Origin: an uncultured Succinivibrionaceae bacterium | Lineage (GTDB): Bacteria > Pseudomonadota > Gammaproteobacteria > Enterobacterales > Succinivibrionaceae | Assembly (NCBI GenBank): GCA_944390105.1 | Contig: CALXOV010000055.1 | Span: 2,930 to 66,929, forward strand | Direction: 5' to 3' | Length of the DNA stretch: 64,000 bases | In this document: positions 53,077-62,185 of the stretch, one piece after another | Numbering within the stretch: position 1 is the first letter of the stretch | Layout of the letters: every line of letters starts with the position of its first letter | Made by a program: the position numbers and the translations under genes | Notes under the pieces: generated by a model | What the model was told of the DNA's origin: nothing | Seen by the model: the letters and a program-made list of their open reading frames with translations, nothing else | Database searches by the model: none

Positions 53077-54736
53077 TCTGCACCACCCGATTTAGTAAGC
53101 TTGTTACAGCCATCTGCACTTGTTCAGATACATTTCTCCATTGGCCTATCTGCATGGGTACGTGACACAGCAATGCATGTTCTTTTTCCTCATTAAACGC
53201 AGATGGGGTAACTTTTAGTTCATAATTAAAAGTTAAACTTAATAAATGCCATTCCTGCAACTCCAAAAGCTCATAATCATTAATACATGACTCTGAGCTT
53301 TTGAGGATTTGTGACGCAACCTCAGCATTGTCCTCATGCGTGCTTAATGCATTATTCAATGAATACAACAATATTAAATAAGGCTTATCATCCTCATTCA
53401 ACGGTGTACACAGAATACATGACTTTGTTCCTAATATAGATGCGGTTTGCGCAGCCGTATTGTAAAGATCATCTTGCCGCGACGTTATAGGGATGCTGTT
53501 GACATCCGAAATAAAATCAATGACATATTCTCGTCCAGAGCTACCGCATAAATAAAATGAACCTGGCGGCAATGAATGATCTAGTAATACCCCCTGTCTA
53601 TTTTCCTTTCTTATCTTTAAATTAGACGTTGCAATCAGTTCCAAGGTGAAATTAGGATTTGATGAATTTTCATTTGGTAATACATACAGAGCGGATGCCA
53701 TCAGCAGACATGATAGATCGGAGGAAGTTATATACAGCCAATGCAACAGATTATCGACCCTTCTATTATGTCTCAGCAAGTCCTGATAATACTGCCATAC
53801 TTTTCTATACCTTAAATCATTCTGTAGCACATAATTAGGAACTATAGCCGCAGCAGGCCGGCGCACATATGTAAATTCAGCTCTATGCAAGCCATCAATA
53901 CATTGTTGCTCAAAGTGTTTGACTAAATCTTCATTAGAAGATTTATGGTTTTCTTTGAGAAAATTAGTGCAGGCTAAGATACATCTGCGCAAAAAATCTT
54001 TTAATACTTGATTTTCAAGCAGATCATAATTTTCAGTTCGCACTACCGCCAAAATCTTACTATCGTTAGCTGCAGCTTTCTGGAAAATACTCTTGCCTGG
54101 CTGCTTGACCAACCAGCGCAGGCTGTTCACATTAACTTCATTGACTTTATCTAATTTCTGTAATCTATCTTCACGTTTTAAAGTCTTTCTTATACCGCTC
54201 AGCACTAATGGTAGAAATTTTGTAAATTCATTACTAATCGTGACTATAAGGGGCTTATAGATCTCTTCATCTTCTTGAACCATTTTCACTATTATTTCCG
54301 GCAAATCATCATAGCGGAACAGTTCATGCTCAAATTTAACATTAACATTATTCGGATCTGATTTGTACGCAAGATAATCAAAAAATCCTATCCAGCTTTT
54401 TAGACATTCTTTAAGTTCTTCACTAAAATTTTGATCTCCCAAGTAGTGAAAATTCTTAAACCTTATCTTAGCCCATTCAATGCATAGATTATTTTCAATG
54501 CTACTATTATGCTCTGAATAAGGCATTGCCACCAACATATACCAGCGGTGATTTTTATAATATTTCCTTCCTATGCAGGAATATTCTGTAAGTAAGTTAA
54601 GTTGATTTAAATCATCTTGAGGAACTTCAAGTAATACACTTCCTAAGAAAGAGTAATCTTGCACAGCACCATTAATTGACCTGCTAGATTTAAATTCCCA
54701 TTCCCAAGGATAAGTTTTTACTATTATTTCATGCAT
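53069..54736 (-). CDS. McrC/DUF2357-like partner protein of the McrB-like NTPase
   Basis: Sits immediately downstream (3-nt gap) of the McrB-like gene. RTENYDLLENQVLKDFLRRC (aa 233-252) resembles the (S/T)xDxxENRxxKxFL motif of DUF2357/McrC-like proteins. I could not find a D...(D/E)xK motif by eye. Confidence 0.5.
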   Translation of the reverse strand: MHEIIVKTYPWEWEFKSSRSINGAVQDYSFLGSVLLEVPQDDLNQLNLLTEYSCIGRKYYKNHRWYMLVAMPYSEHNSSIENNLCIEWAKIRFKNFHYLGDQNFSEELKECLKSWIGFFDYLAYKSDPNNVNVKFEHELFRYDDLPEIIVKMVQEDEEIYKPLIVTISNEFTKFLPLVLSGIRKTLKREDRLQKLDKVNEVNVNSLRWLVKQPGKSIFQKAAANDSKILAVVRTENYDLLENQVLKDFLRRCILACTNFLKENHKSSNEDLVKHFEQQCIDGLHRAEFTYVRRPAAAIVPNYVLQNDLRYRKVWQYYQDLLRHNRRVDNLLHWLYITSSDLSCLLMASALYVLPNENSSNPNFTLELIATSNLKIRKENRQGVLLDHSLPPGSFYLCGSSGREYVIDFISDVNSIPITSRQDDLYNTAAQTASILGTKSCILCTPLNEDDKPYLILLYSLNNALSTHEDNAEVASQILKSSESCINDYELLELQEWHLLSLTFNYELKVTPSAFNEEKEHALLCHVPMQIGQWRNVSEQVQMAVTSLLNRVVQNG

Positions 54737-54739
54737 ATA

Positions 54740-56968
54740 TTACTCGTCAGCTCTATATAAGCCTACCCAATTGAAAATTCCTGTTTCCTGAGAGCTTATA
54801 TCAATTGACTGACTGATGGATTCAGCTAACTTAGCGTCACTAAGCTTAGTCGCTACAAACTCTTTTAAGGCATTGAGCTCATTGCGTTTGCTGTTAACAT
54901 CGACACCTCTCAATTTAGGCAGGATCTTATGTTCAATTTGATCTGACATGGCATATTTCAAACTGGTTTGAATGTTCACTCCATCGTGGGGATAATTCAT
55001 AATATAATCCCGTATGGAATTATCCACACGCAAACCAAAAGGCCGGCCTAAATCTTTCATGAGTTTGGATAATTCAACTATCCAATTATTGACATTGACC
55101 TTATCTTGGTTATTATCAAAGGATTTTTTAATCCATTTGCACCATGTTTCATAATTGATAAAATATTTATTTTCATTATCTGAAGCAATTTGAGTCTCAT
55201 TGTCCACTTTATTGGGTCTACCGAATCTAATAACATCTGAGCGATCCAGCACTTTATCTGCTAAGGTCTGCGTTGTCTCATCTTCATTCATAGTACCAAC
55301 AAAAAGAATATTTTTCGGTACCCAGAGCTTAAGATCATTCTGCACATTTAATGATATTTCAGCTTGAGATATTTCCTCATCAGTAATATTCTTTACATTT
55401 CGCCTAAATTCTAATTTAGATAAAAACTCCGAGAAATAATATTCAGTTCGTGCCAAATTCATTTCATCTAATAAAACTAATAGCATTGGTGAATTATCGC
55501 TCAAGTCTTTAATAACATCATTGTTATCAAAGTATCGTATGTTTTTATTATTTAACTTGTTTTTTCTCCTAAATACATAATCATAGGCATTTAAGCTCTT
55601 AGCTAAATCGGTTGCTTGATATTTTCCAGTTAAGTAATTATAGAACCCTAATAAATCCTGTGGAGAATCCCAACGCGGCTGAACTGAAATAATTAGATTA
55701 TTCATGCCGAAGTATTTTGCATACTGGGTAGGCAGCAACGACTTACCAGTACCTGACAGTCCAGCTAAAACTGTCAAAGGACTTATATCTTGAATCTTCA
55801 GACTGGTATGAAAAGATTTGATCAGTCTTTGGCTGAAAATTAATTTATTGTTTTTTAAATAATCGTAAAAATTATCTAAAGCTTGTAATTCATTTTCCGG
55901 CTTACGATTATTTGTTTTTTGCGTGAAAGATAAACATGAAGGAATGCGATATAAGTCAGCGAAAGCATCAGTTTCCTTGTTAAGCTTAAGCTTATCATTC
56001 TCATCGTGCAGCCGCTGATTTTCTTTCTTAAGTTGATTTTGATCAAAACATCCTTGAATATATTTCTGAATAAGATATGCCGTATCCCGGATGTTGTTGC
56101 TAAGCTGTTCGTTGAGCACATGCATAACTGCTTTATGCTGCGCATCAAGATCCTTTTTCAGACTGCTATCTAAGACCTCTGCTTGATTAAGTAGCGCCTT
56201 CCCTAAGGCTTGACCGTGAGATTTAAAGACGTTATCAAAAGATTGGGCTAATGCATTACCTTGGTTTTTAAAGACTTCATCAAAAGATTGGGCCAATGAT
56301 CTGCCCTGATCCGTCATCGCCTGTTTAAAACCGTCTGCCAGCGAATTTTCATCAAAGCTGAAATTATCCTTGTTAAACGCTTCAGTTAAGATACTCTGCA
56401 AGTTTGAGGCAATTTCTTTATCCACATGCAACAAGCTTTGCTCTGCGCGCAAATCCTCAATTTTCTGTTCTAGTTCAGCTAACTCTGCCTGCTGCTGCTT
56501 TATCAGCGCGCGCTTTTCCTCATATTCATTCAGCTCCCGCTTAATGCGTTCATATTCAGCGCTTTTATCCTTTAATTCGCTTAATTCGCGCTCTTTAGTT
56601 TCAATCTTTAATTTTAGGTCCGTCAAACGTTCTGTATATTGCCTTTCAAGCTGTTCTAAGTTATTTCTTAATTGATCAAGATCTTTGTCTTGCTGCACAG
56701 CTTCAGCATAATTCTGTTTAAGGCGAATTAGCTCTTCATGAATTTGATCCTTTTTAGTCTGCATTACTTGGACTTGGTTGCGCAGATCCGTTAGCTTTTT
56801 GGCATTAAGATCCATAGCATCTGCAAATTTCTTTGAATGCAAAAAGATACTAGGAATTTTGTTATAGTTTGAAATAGTCACCATCGCATAGATTAATACA
56901 ATGATGGCAACAATAAGCCCGACCAATGGCAAGTACAGCCAAAAATTTCCCGCAAAGCTTAAATCCAT
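54740..56968 (-). CDS. membrane-anchored coiled-coil protein fused to a McrB-like AAA+ (AAA_5) NTPase
   Basis: TM helix FWLYLPLVGLIVAIIVLIYAMVTI (aa 9-32), then heptad-rich E/K/Q/L sequence at about aa 55-335. Walker A GLSGTGKS (aa 403-410, nt 55739-55762) and Walker B LLVLLDEMNLARTEYYFSEFLSKLE. FVGTMNEDETTQTLADKVLDRSDVIRF corresponds to the McrB MNTADRS...RRF region. Confidence 0.75.
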   Translation of the reverse strand: MDLSFAGNFWLYLPLVGLIVAIIVLIYAMVTISNYNKIPSIFLHSKKFADAMDLNAKKLTDLRNQVQVMQTKKDQIHEELIRLKQNYAEAVQQDKDLDQLRNNLEQLERQYTERLTDLKLKIETKERELSELKDKSAEYERIKRELNEYEEKRALIKQQQAELAELEQKIEDLRAEQSLLHVDKEIASNLQSILTEAFNKDNFSFDENSLADGFKQAMTDQGRSLAQSFDEVFKNQGNALAQSFDNVFKSHGQALGKALLNQAEVLDSSLKKDLDAQHKAVMHVLNEQLSNNIRDTAYLIQKYIQGCFDQNQLKKENQRLHDENDKLKLNKETDAFADLYRIPSCLSFTQKTNNRKPENELQALDNFYDYLKNNKLIFSQRLIKSFHTSLKIQDISPLTVLAGLSGTGKSLLPTQYAKYFGMNNLIISVQPRWDSPQDLLGFYNYLTGKYQATDLAKSLNAYDYVFRRKNKLNNKNIRYFDNNDVIKDLSDNSPMLLVLLDEMNLARTEYYFSEFLSKLEFRRNVKNITDEEISQAEISLNVQNDLKLWVPKNILFVGTMNEDETTQTLADKVLDRSDVIRFGRPNKVDNETQIASDNENKYFINYETWCKWIKKSFDNNQDKVNVNNWIVELSKLMKDLGRPFGLRVDNSIRDYIMNYPHDGVNIQTSLKYAMSDQIEHKILPKLRGVDVNSKRNELNALKEFVATKLSDAKLAESISQSIDISSQETGIFNWVGLYRADE
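56222..56311 (-). repeat. imperfect 45-nt tandem duplication inside the coiled-coil region (15-aa units LAQSFDEVFKNQGNA / LAQSFDNVFKSHGQA)
   Basis: Units at 56222-56266 and 56267-56311 both begin TTTAAAGAC..ATCAAAAGATTGGG on the plus strand. Confidence 0.8.
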
Positions 56969-57035
56969 CTTTAATCCCTTTTATATCAAAGTTAACTCTA
57001 AATTCTGCCGATAAATTTATTAGTAAACTGAAGAA

Positions 57036-58574
57036 CTAGTCTTCAGCCTCCAGTTGGTCTAATGTCTTCACATACTGCTGAGCAGTACTCTTAAAATGAT
57101 CTAATTGCGTAGCATCAAGTCCTGCATTGGTACTCAGATTTGCAATATCATCTTCACTCATTGCATCGAACTGCTTTATGGTTGCGTCTAATGCTTGCGT
57201 ATTAGCACGCAGCTGCTCAGCTGTATTGATGCTTATCTGAAGCGCTACGGCTGCAGACACCTTCTGCTGTGACTCAGCTAGACTTGCGATAATTGCATTC
57301 AGCTGCGTATTTTGCTGATTAAAAGCATCAGTAGCTCGTTGCAGTTGCTGTGTATATGGATCTAAGTTAGTTTTATTGTTTATCTCAGTAACTGCACTTT
57401 GATAATTTGCTGCAGTTTTTACAACTTGTTCACGTAAGATGACAAGTTCATCCAGCATAGAGCTTAGAGTTACCTGTTTCTCTTGACTATTGCTTGGCGC
57501 ATTGTGCCTATCGTTAGTTCCTACCAACTGGTTCAAGTTAGTAATCGCCGTGCTGATATTTTCTGCAGATGAAGCCAGCTTGCTATTAGTTCCAGTAAAA
57601 TCCACTTGCTGCAGTTGTTCATTTTTAGCTTGCAGAGCCTTAATCTCTGCTGTTAAGCTGTCATGTAACTGTGTGTATGATCTGTATTCACTGCTGTAAT
57701 TATTCAACACAGTATCTAATGTATTCTTTTGTCCTGCAATATCATTCACTTTTTTATTAAATTGCTCTGAAGCAACGCGGATATTCTTAGCATAATGCGC
57801 AATAGAGTTCGGTTCATTCTCATCTAGCTGATCATTTAACTTATCATTTACGGTCATGTAGTCATTGATAATGCCACTGATTCTAGTCTGCATATCAGAT
57901 AACGATTTTGTCAGCACATTTATCGAACTGTCCTCTTGTTTAAGTGCTGCAAACCGCTTTTCCAGGGAAGTTAACTCTATTTCAGTTGCTTCTTTTTTAC
58001 TCAACAATCCATTTACTTCATCGGTTAAACTTGATGCTGTCCGTTTAAGCGTAGTTTGCTCATTTCTTAAGGACGTTATTTCTTTATTCAACGTCTGCTT
58101 ATCAGCCTGTAGGGAAGCTAGCTCATTTGTTAATTTAACCTTACTGGCATTAAGCTCTCCGACTTCTGCCTTCAAGTCTTCATAACGAGCCAATACAGCT
58201 ACAGCTTCATCGTAAGCTTGTTTTTTAGCGTCATACTCTGCGGCGATTGACTTAAGCTCAGCACGATTCTTTTCCAGCCCAAAAGAAATTTCATTAAATT
58301 CTTGGCGCATCCCGGGCAGTTCGGAAATGTAGTGCTGATAGTCGGCCAGATCCTGCTCTAGCTGCTGCTTTTCTTCGATGAAAGTATTGCGCTGCCATAA
58401 CTCGATGGCAAAGCAACAGATACAGAAAATCGTCACCGCCGAAATACCGCAAATTAAGCCGATAAAACGGGATTTGGGCATTTTTTTATCAATAGATAAA
58501 TCATAAAATGCATCGTTATCTTCCATGTGCGATAAATCAGCAGAGTCAGACTGTGCATTAAAATCCGATTTCAT
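57036..58574 (-). CDS. membrane-anchored long coiled-coil protein (512 aa) with no enzymatic motif
   Basis: TM helix FIGLICGISAVTIFCICCFAIELW (aa 37-60). The rest is Q/L/N/E/A/T-rich heptad-like sequence. The start overlaps the helicase stop by 17 nt and is preceded by GAGGGA. Confidence 0.6.
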   Translation of the reverse strand: MKSDFNAQSDSADLSHMEDNDAFYDLSIDKKMPKSRFIGLICGISAVTIFCICCFAIELWQRNTFIEEKQQLEQDLADYQHYISELPGMRQEFNEISFGLEKNRAELKSIAAEYDAKKQAYDEAVAVLARYEDLKAEVGELNASKVKLTNELASLQADKQTLNKEITSLRNEQTTLKRTASSLTDEVNGLLSKKEATEIELTSLEKRFAALKQEDSSINVLTKSLSDMQTRISGIINDYMTVNDKLNDQLDENEPNSIAHYAKNIRVASEQFNKKVNDIAGQKNTLDTVLNNYSSEYRSYTQLHDSLTAEIKALQAKNEQLQQVDFTGTNSKLASSAENISTAITNLNQLVGTNDRHNAPSNSQEKQVTLSSMLDELVILREQVVKTAANYQSAVTEINNKTNLDPYTQQLQRATDAFNQQNTQLNAIIASLAESQQKVSAAVALQISINTAEQLRANTQALDATIKQFDAMSEDDIANLSTNAGLDATQLDHFKSTAQQYVKTLDQLEAED

Positions 58575-61500
58575 CGTGGTCCCTCATCATTTGCTGCCAT
58601 TTATCTAAAACCTGCTGAGCACATTGCGCAGGTTCGGCATAAACCTTTCTTCCCCAAAAACGTAATACTTCATAGTGCAGCGCGCCCATCTGCAGATCAC
58701 GCAGGTAATCATCAGCCTTCCGCTGTCCCATGGCATCTACATGACAGTTGCCGTCCACTTCAACATCCAAAAAGAGTTTACGTTCTTCATCAATAAAGGC
58801 AAAATCCAAGCGGCGATTAATCGCGGGCAGCGGATATTGAACCTTAGGTTTTGGCAGTGGCAATTTTTTAAGATGCCACAGCATCAAACGTTCAAGCGGA
58901 GATTCGGTAAGAGCCATGTCATCATCATCATCAAGACTGCCCTCGGCCCCACCGACAGCCGGCAAAGTGCGGATAAATTCAGCATCAGACATTAGTGCAG
59001 CCTCAGTATTGCCAACGACGCACACCAGTGAACGTGCTCGAGAAACTGCAACATTCAGAATATTTTTATTGCCGCTGATAAAGGCGTTTCCGAAACGCGA
59101 GGTCAAGCACAAACTCAGGATCACAATATCCCATTCAGAGCCCTGTGCTTGATGCACTGACTGAATAGTTAAATCCCCAAGTCCTTGCTGGACAGACTCG
59201 TCTCCGGCAGTCTGCAAATGAACTGCCAATAGGCTGTCAGCTGCAACTGCTTGTCTAATCCTGTCCACTTGAAGTTTATACGGAGACAAGATTCCTACAG
59301 TGCCCCCAAAGTCTGCATCTGCATAAATTGTGTGCAGCAGTTCAAGCACTGCCTTAATCTCAGCTGCATTGCTACGTGAGGAATTAGTACTGCTTTTTTC
59401 GGTCTGATCTGCTGTCTCATACCACTTTATGCCGTATTCCATATGCTTCGGCAACGGCAGATCAGCTTCGCTGCAGCGTGAAATGAGCATCCCGTCATAA
59501 CACAAGTCTGAAATATACTGCGTAATGCGGTTGCAGGAGCGATATGACTGGATTAATGACAATTTTTCCGCTCCCGGCGTCAAATAAGCAAAAGCGTAGA
59601 GTGATTTAATATCCTGCCCTAATTCAGGAAATGCATTGCACAGCCACAGTCTACTTTCAACCGCGTTCATCTCTAAGCCGTTGTTGCGCATGATTGAATC
59701 CTGCTTAGATACGCTGACGGCATTAACGATCGGCCCTAATTGATTTGGGTCACCGATAACAGCCGCCGCTTTAGCGCGATACAGCAAAGGAATGGCAGCC
59801 ACAAAATCAAACTGCGAGCTTTCATCAAAAATAACCAAATCAAACATGCCGGCTATTAAGGGAAATAAGCTGCGGGCAGAAGCTGTTGTGCATAGCCATA
59901 TCGGCTTATGCTGCAGAATTTGTTTAACCTTGTGGCTAAGGTGAGTGCAAAAGTCAGCGTCAGTCAGTAATTTGTCATTAAAATCATCTTTTTGCTTAGC
60001 ATCGCTATAAGCGTATTGCTTTAATTCGTTCAGATAATTTTGCCAATCCTTGGCATTATCGCATACATGCTCTGATGACCACACACAGTAGCGGATGGCT
60101 CGTTCATAGGCATCATGTAGCTTTTTTTGTTGCACTGCAAAATCTGCTTCTAGCTGCTCAATATCAGCATCGGCAGATAAAGTTCTGAGCTGCTCGGCAC
60201 AGAGGTTTTTGCGCAAGCTAAGAAGCAGATAATCATTTATTATCTTAAAGTTGCTGCTGTGCTTAACTAAGGCGTCAGTCAAAACTGATCCACCACTTAT
60301 CCGTAAGCGCAGCTTGGTCATAAAGGCGGTGATGCGATTTTTAAGGTTGAAAAAACTGCGTTCATCCTGACATCTACAGTACTGCGCAAAATATTGCATG
60401 CATTGTTGCAGATGATCGCTGCTAAACTTAGTAAGTTGTGGCTCAAGCTGTGTAAACACTGTTGCCAAATGCTTAAAACTGTTTTTCATCGTGTCACGGC
60501 AGCTGTCGTAATGCGCTATCTCAGTTTTAAGATTTTCTACGACATCTTTACGCTTTAAATGCTCCTGCAACTGTGTACGGAGCTGATTAAACTTGGCGAT
60601 GTCATTAAATGAAGCGTCTGTTGTCTCTGTCCTTTTACTTAACCCCATGGCCACAGAGTACAACGTGGCATCAGTGCCTTCTTTGCTGTTGGCCCGTATC
60701 GTTAGGTCTGTGGCATGCTCAATTTTCTGCAGCCTTTCAATCAGTGCATTAATAGCCTGATGGTTATATGAGGTAATTAACACGCTCTTACCCTGGGCAG
60801 CGGCATTTAAAGCCGCTGCCGCAATGACCTGCGTCTTACCGGTACCTGGTGGCCCCTGTAGCACGGTGATCCTATTGTCTAAGATCGATGCCACCGCAAG
60901 TTGCTGCTCAAAATTAAACGGCAGCTTATCTCTATCCGTACAAACAAGTTCAGGGTAGATACCCACAGCTGGTGCTGAATTATAGAGAAAAAGCGGCAAA
61001 ACCGAGTTTTTTAACTGCTGGCTTTGTGCGCGACTTATATTCTTTAAATCATGCTGAATGGATTTTAAAAAGGGATTTTCCCTAAATTCACCTAGCAGTG
61101 CGACGTTATAAATTCCATCATGGCGCAGACTGTTGAGTGAACTTAAGTTATAAATATTCAGTGGTTGCTGCGGCTGAAAATAGGTCTCGACCAACACCTT
61201 AAAGCATGACCAGCTATCAGCTTTAAGGAAATTGCTCATTGGATCAGCCTCTTCTGAAATAAGGCTGTCTACGCATACTTTGTATCTGCGCTTAAACTCC
61301 TCTGCAGCATGATCTTTATTGGCAAATTTAAGCTTAAACCAACTTTCATTGATTTTCGGAATTAAGTCTTCTTCAAAACTATTAAGTTTAATGCTGTTAG
61401 ACAGTATTGAAGCGTCGTATATGCGTACGTAAAAAATCGGGACAATCCGCTCATCAACAACATCTACCGGATACCCGAGGGTCATTGTTTTCCTGCCAAA

Positions 61501-62082
61501 ATCAAATTGTTGGCAATCACTGCCTGCCATAACGCTATCACTTACCGAAGTAAGTTGCATTGAACTGCCATAGGTATGCTTATTCCACCGCGGCAGTTCG
61601 TCGATGTTGATGAAGGTTAGACCCTGATCTGATTTTTTATATTCCTGAGTTACCGATCCTTCACAGTTTTTTAAATCAATATAAGCGTTGATCAGTTGTT
61701 TAAATGAACTTTCATCAAGCTTCTGTTCAAACAGCTCATCCTCACTTAAAAACTGCTTTAAGAAATCCTTATCATTTACATTGGCCGAGATTAACTCCCG
61801 CCATGAGTAATGGCGCCGCGGCGAAGTGACGACATAAAAACAACCGGAAGGAGTTATTGTACGGAGTTTGTCCTGTCGAATTAAAAGATAAAATGCGGTA
61901 TGCGCCTGAATATAACTTAAATGAGCTTGAGTGCGTAAAATAGCAATGATGCTGGACTTATCCATCACCTGAGAGCGCGTCTGCATTACTTTCCATGCGC
62001 GCTGATAAATTTGAGAACTCGATAATGGAACTATATCATATTCATTATCACTGTCCTCGGAATAGGATAACGCATCTAGCAT
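58558..62082 (-). CDS. SF1 (Upf1/DNA2-like) helicase fused to a C-terminal Vsr/DUF559-like endonuclease domain, with an N-terminal region of about 390 aa of unknown function
   Basis: Motif I GPPGTGKT (aa 410-417, nt 60832-60855), motif II FDLVIFDESSQ (DESSQ at nt 59812-59826), QSYRS, VHQAQGSEWDIV and NVAVSRARS. C-terminal SPLERLMLWHL...RLDFAFIDEERKLFLDVEVDGNCH...DDYLRDLQMGALHYEVLRFW (aa 1060-1160, nt 58603-58905) matches the DUF559/Vsr-fold pattern. Confidence 0.8.
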   Translation of the reverse strand: MLDALSYSEDSDNEYDIVPLSSSQIYQRAWKVMQTRSQVMDKSSIIAILRTQAHLSYIQAHTAFYLLIRQDKLRTITPSGCFYVVTSPRRHYSWRELISANVNDKDFLKQFLSEDELFEQKLDESSFKQLINAYIDLKNCEGSVTQEYKKSDQGLTFINIDELPRWNKHTYGSSMQLTSVSDSVMAGSDCQQFDFGRKTMTLGYPVDVVDERIVPIFYVRIYDASILSNSIKLNSFEEDLIPKINESWFKLKFANKDHAAEEFKRRYKVCVDSLISEEADPMSNFLKADSWSCFKVLVETYFQPQQPLNIYNLSSLNSLRHDGIYNVALLGEFRENPFLKSIQHDLKNISRAQSQQLKNSVLPLFLYNSAPAVGIYPELVCTDRDKLPFNFEQQLAVASILDNRITVLQGPPGTGKTQVIAAAALNAAAQGKSVLITSYNHQAINALIERLQKIEHATDLTIRANSKEGTDATLYSVAMGLSKRTETTDASFNDIAKFNQLRTQLQEHLKRKDVVENLKTEIAHYDSCRDTMKNSFKHLATVFTQLEPQLTKFSSDHLQQCMQYFAQYCRCQDERSFFNLKNRITAFMTKLRLRISGGSVLTDALVKHSSNFKIINDYLLLSLRKNLCAEQLRTLSADADIEQLEADFAVQQKKLHDAYERAIRYCVWSSEHVCDNAKDWQNYLNELKQYAYSDAKQKDDFNDKLLTDADFCTHLSHKVKQILQHKPIWLCTTASARSLFPLIAGMFDLVIFDESSQFDFVAAIPLLYRAKAAAVIGDPNQLGPIVNAVSVSKQDSIMRNNGLEMNAVESRLWLCNAFPELGQDIKSLYAFAYLTPGAEKLSLIQSYRSCNRITQYISDLCYDGMLISRCSEADLPLPKHMEYGIKWYETADQTEKSSTNSSRSNAAEIKAVLELLHTIYADADFGGTVGILSPYKLQVDRIRQAVAADSLLAVHLQTAGDESVQQGLGDLTIQSVHQAQGSEWDIVILSLCLTSRFGNAFISGNKNILNVAVSRARSLVCVVGNTEAALMSDAEFIRTLPAVGGAEGSLDDDDDMALTESPLERLMLWHLKKLPLPKPKVQYPLPAINRRLDFAFIDEERKLFLDVEVDGNCHVDAMGQRKADDYLRDLQMGALHYEVLRFWGRKVYAEPAQCAQQVLDKWQQMMRDHDEIGF

Positions 62083-62143
62083 ATCATCATTATAATCGTG
62101 TGAATTTTTTCAAAGTTATTTTAAAAAGCAATTATATGTATAA

Positions 62144-62185
62144 ATTATAGCACCAGTAGCTTTTACAAAATAGCTATAATTTACC
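62144..62185 (-). promoter_or_regulatory. candidate extended -10 promoter for the island operon
   Basis: The minus strand reads GGTGcTATAAT (TATAAT at 62144-62149, TG at 62151-62152), about 60 nt upstream of the helicase ATG. The -35 element is poor. Confidence 0.3.
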
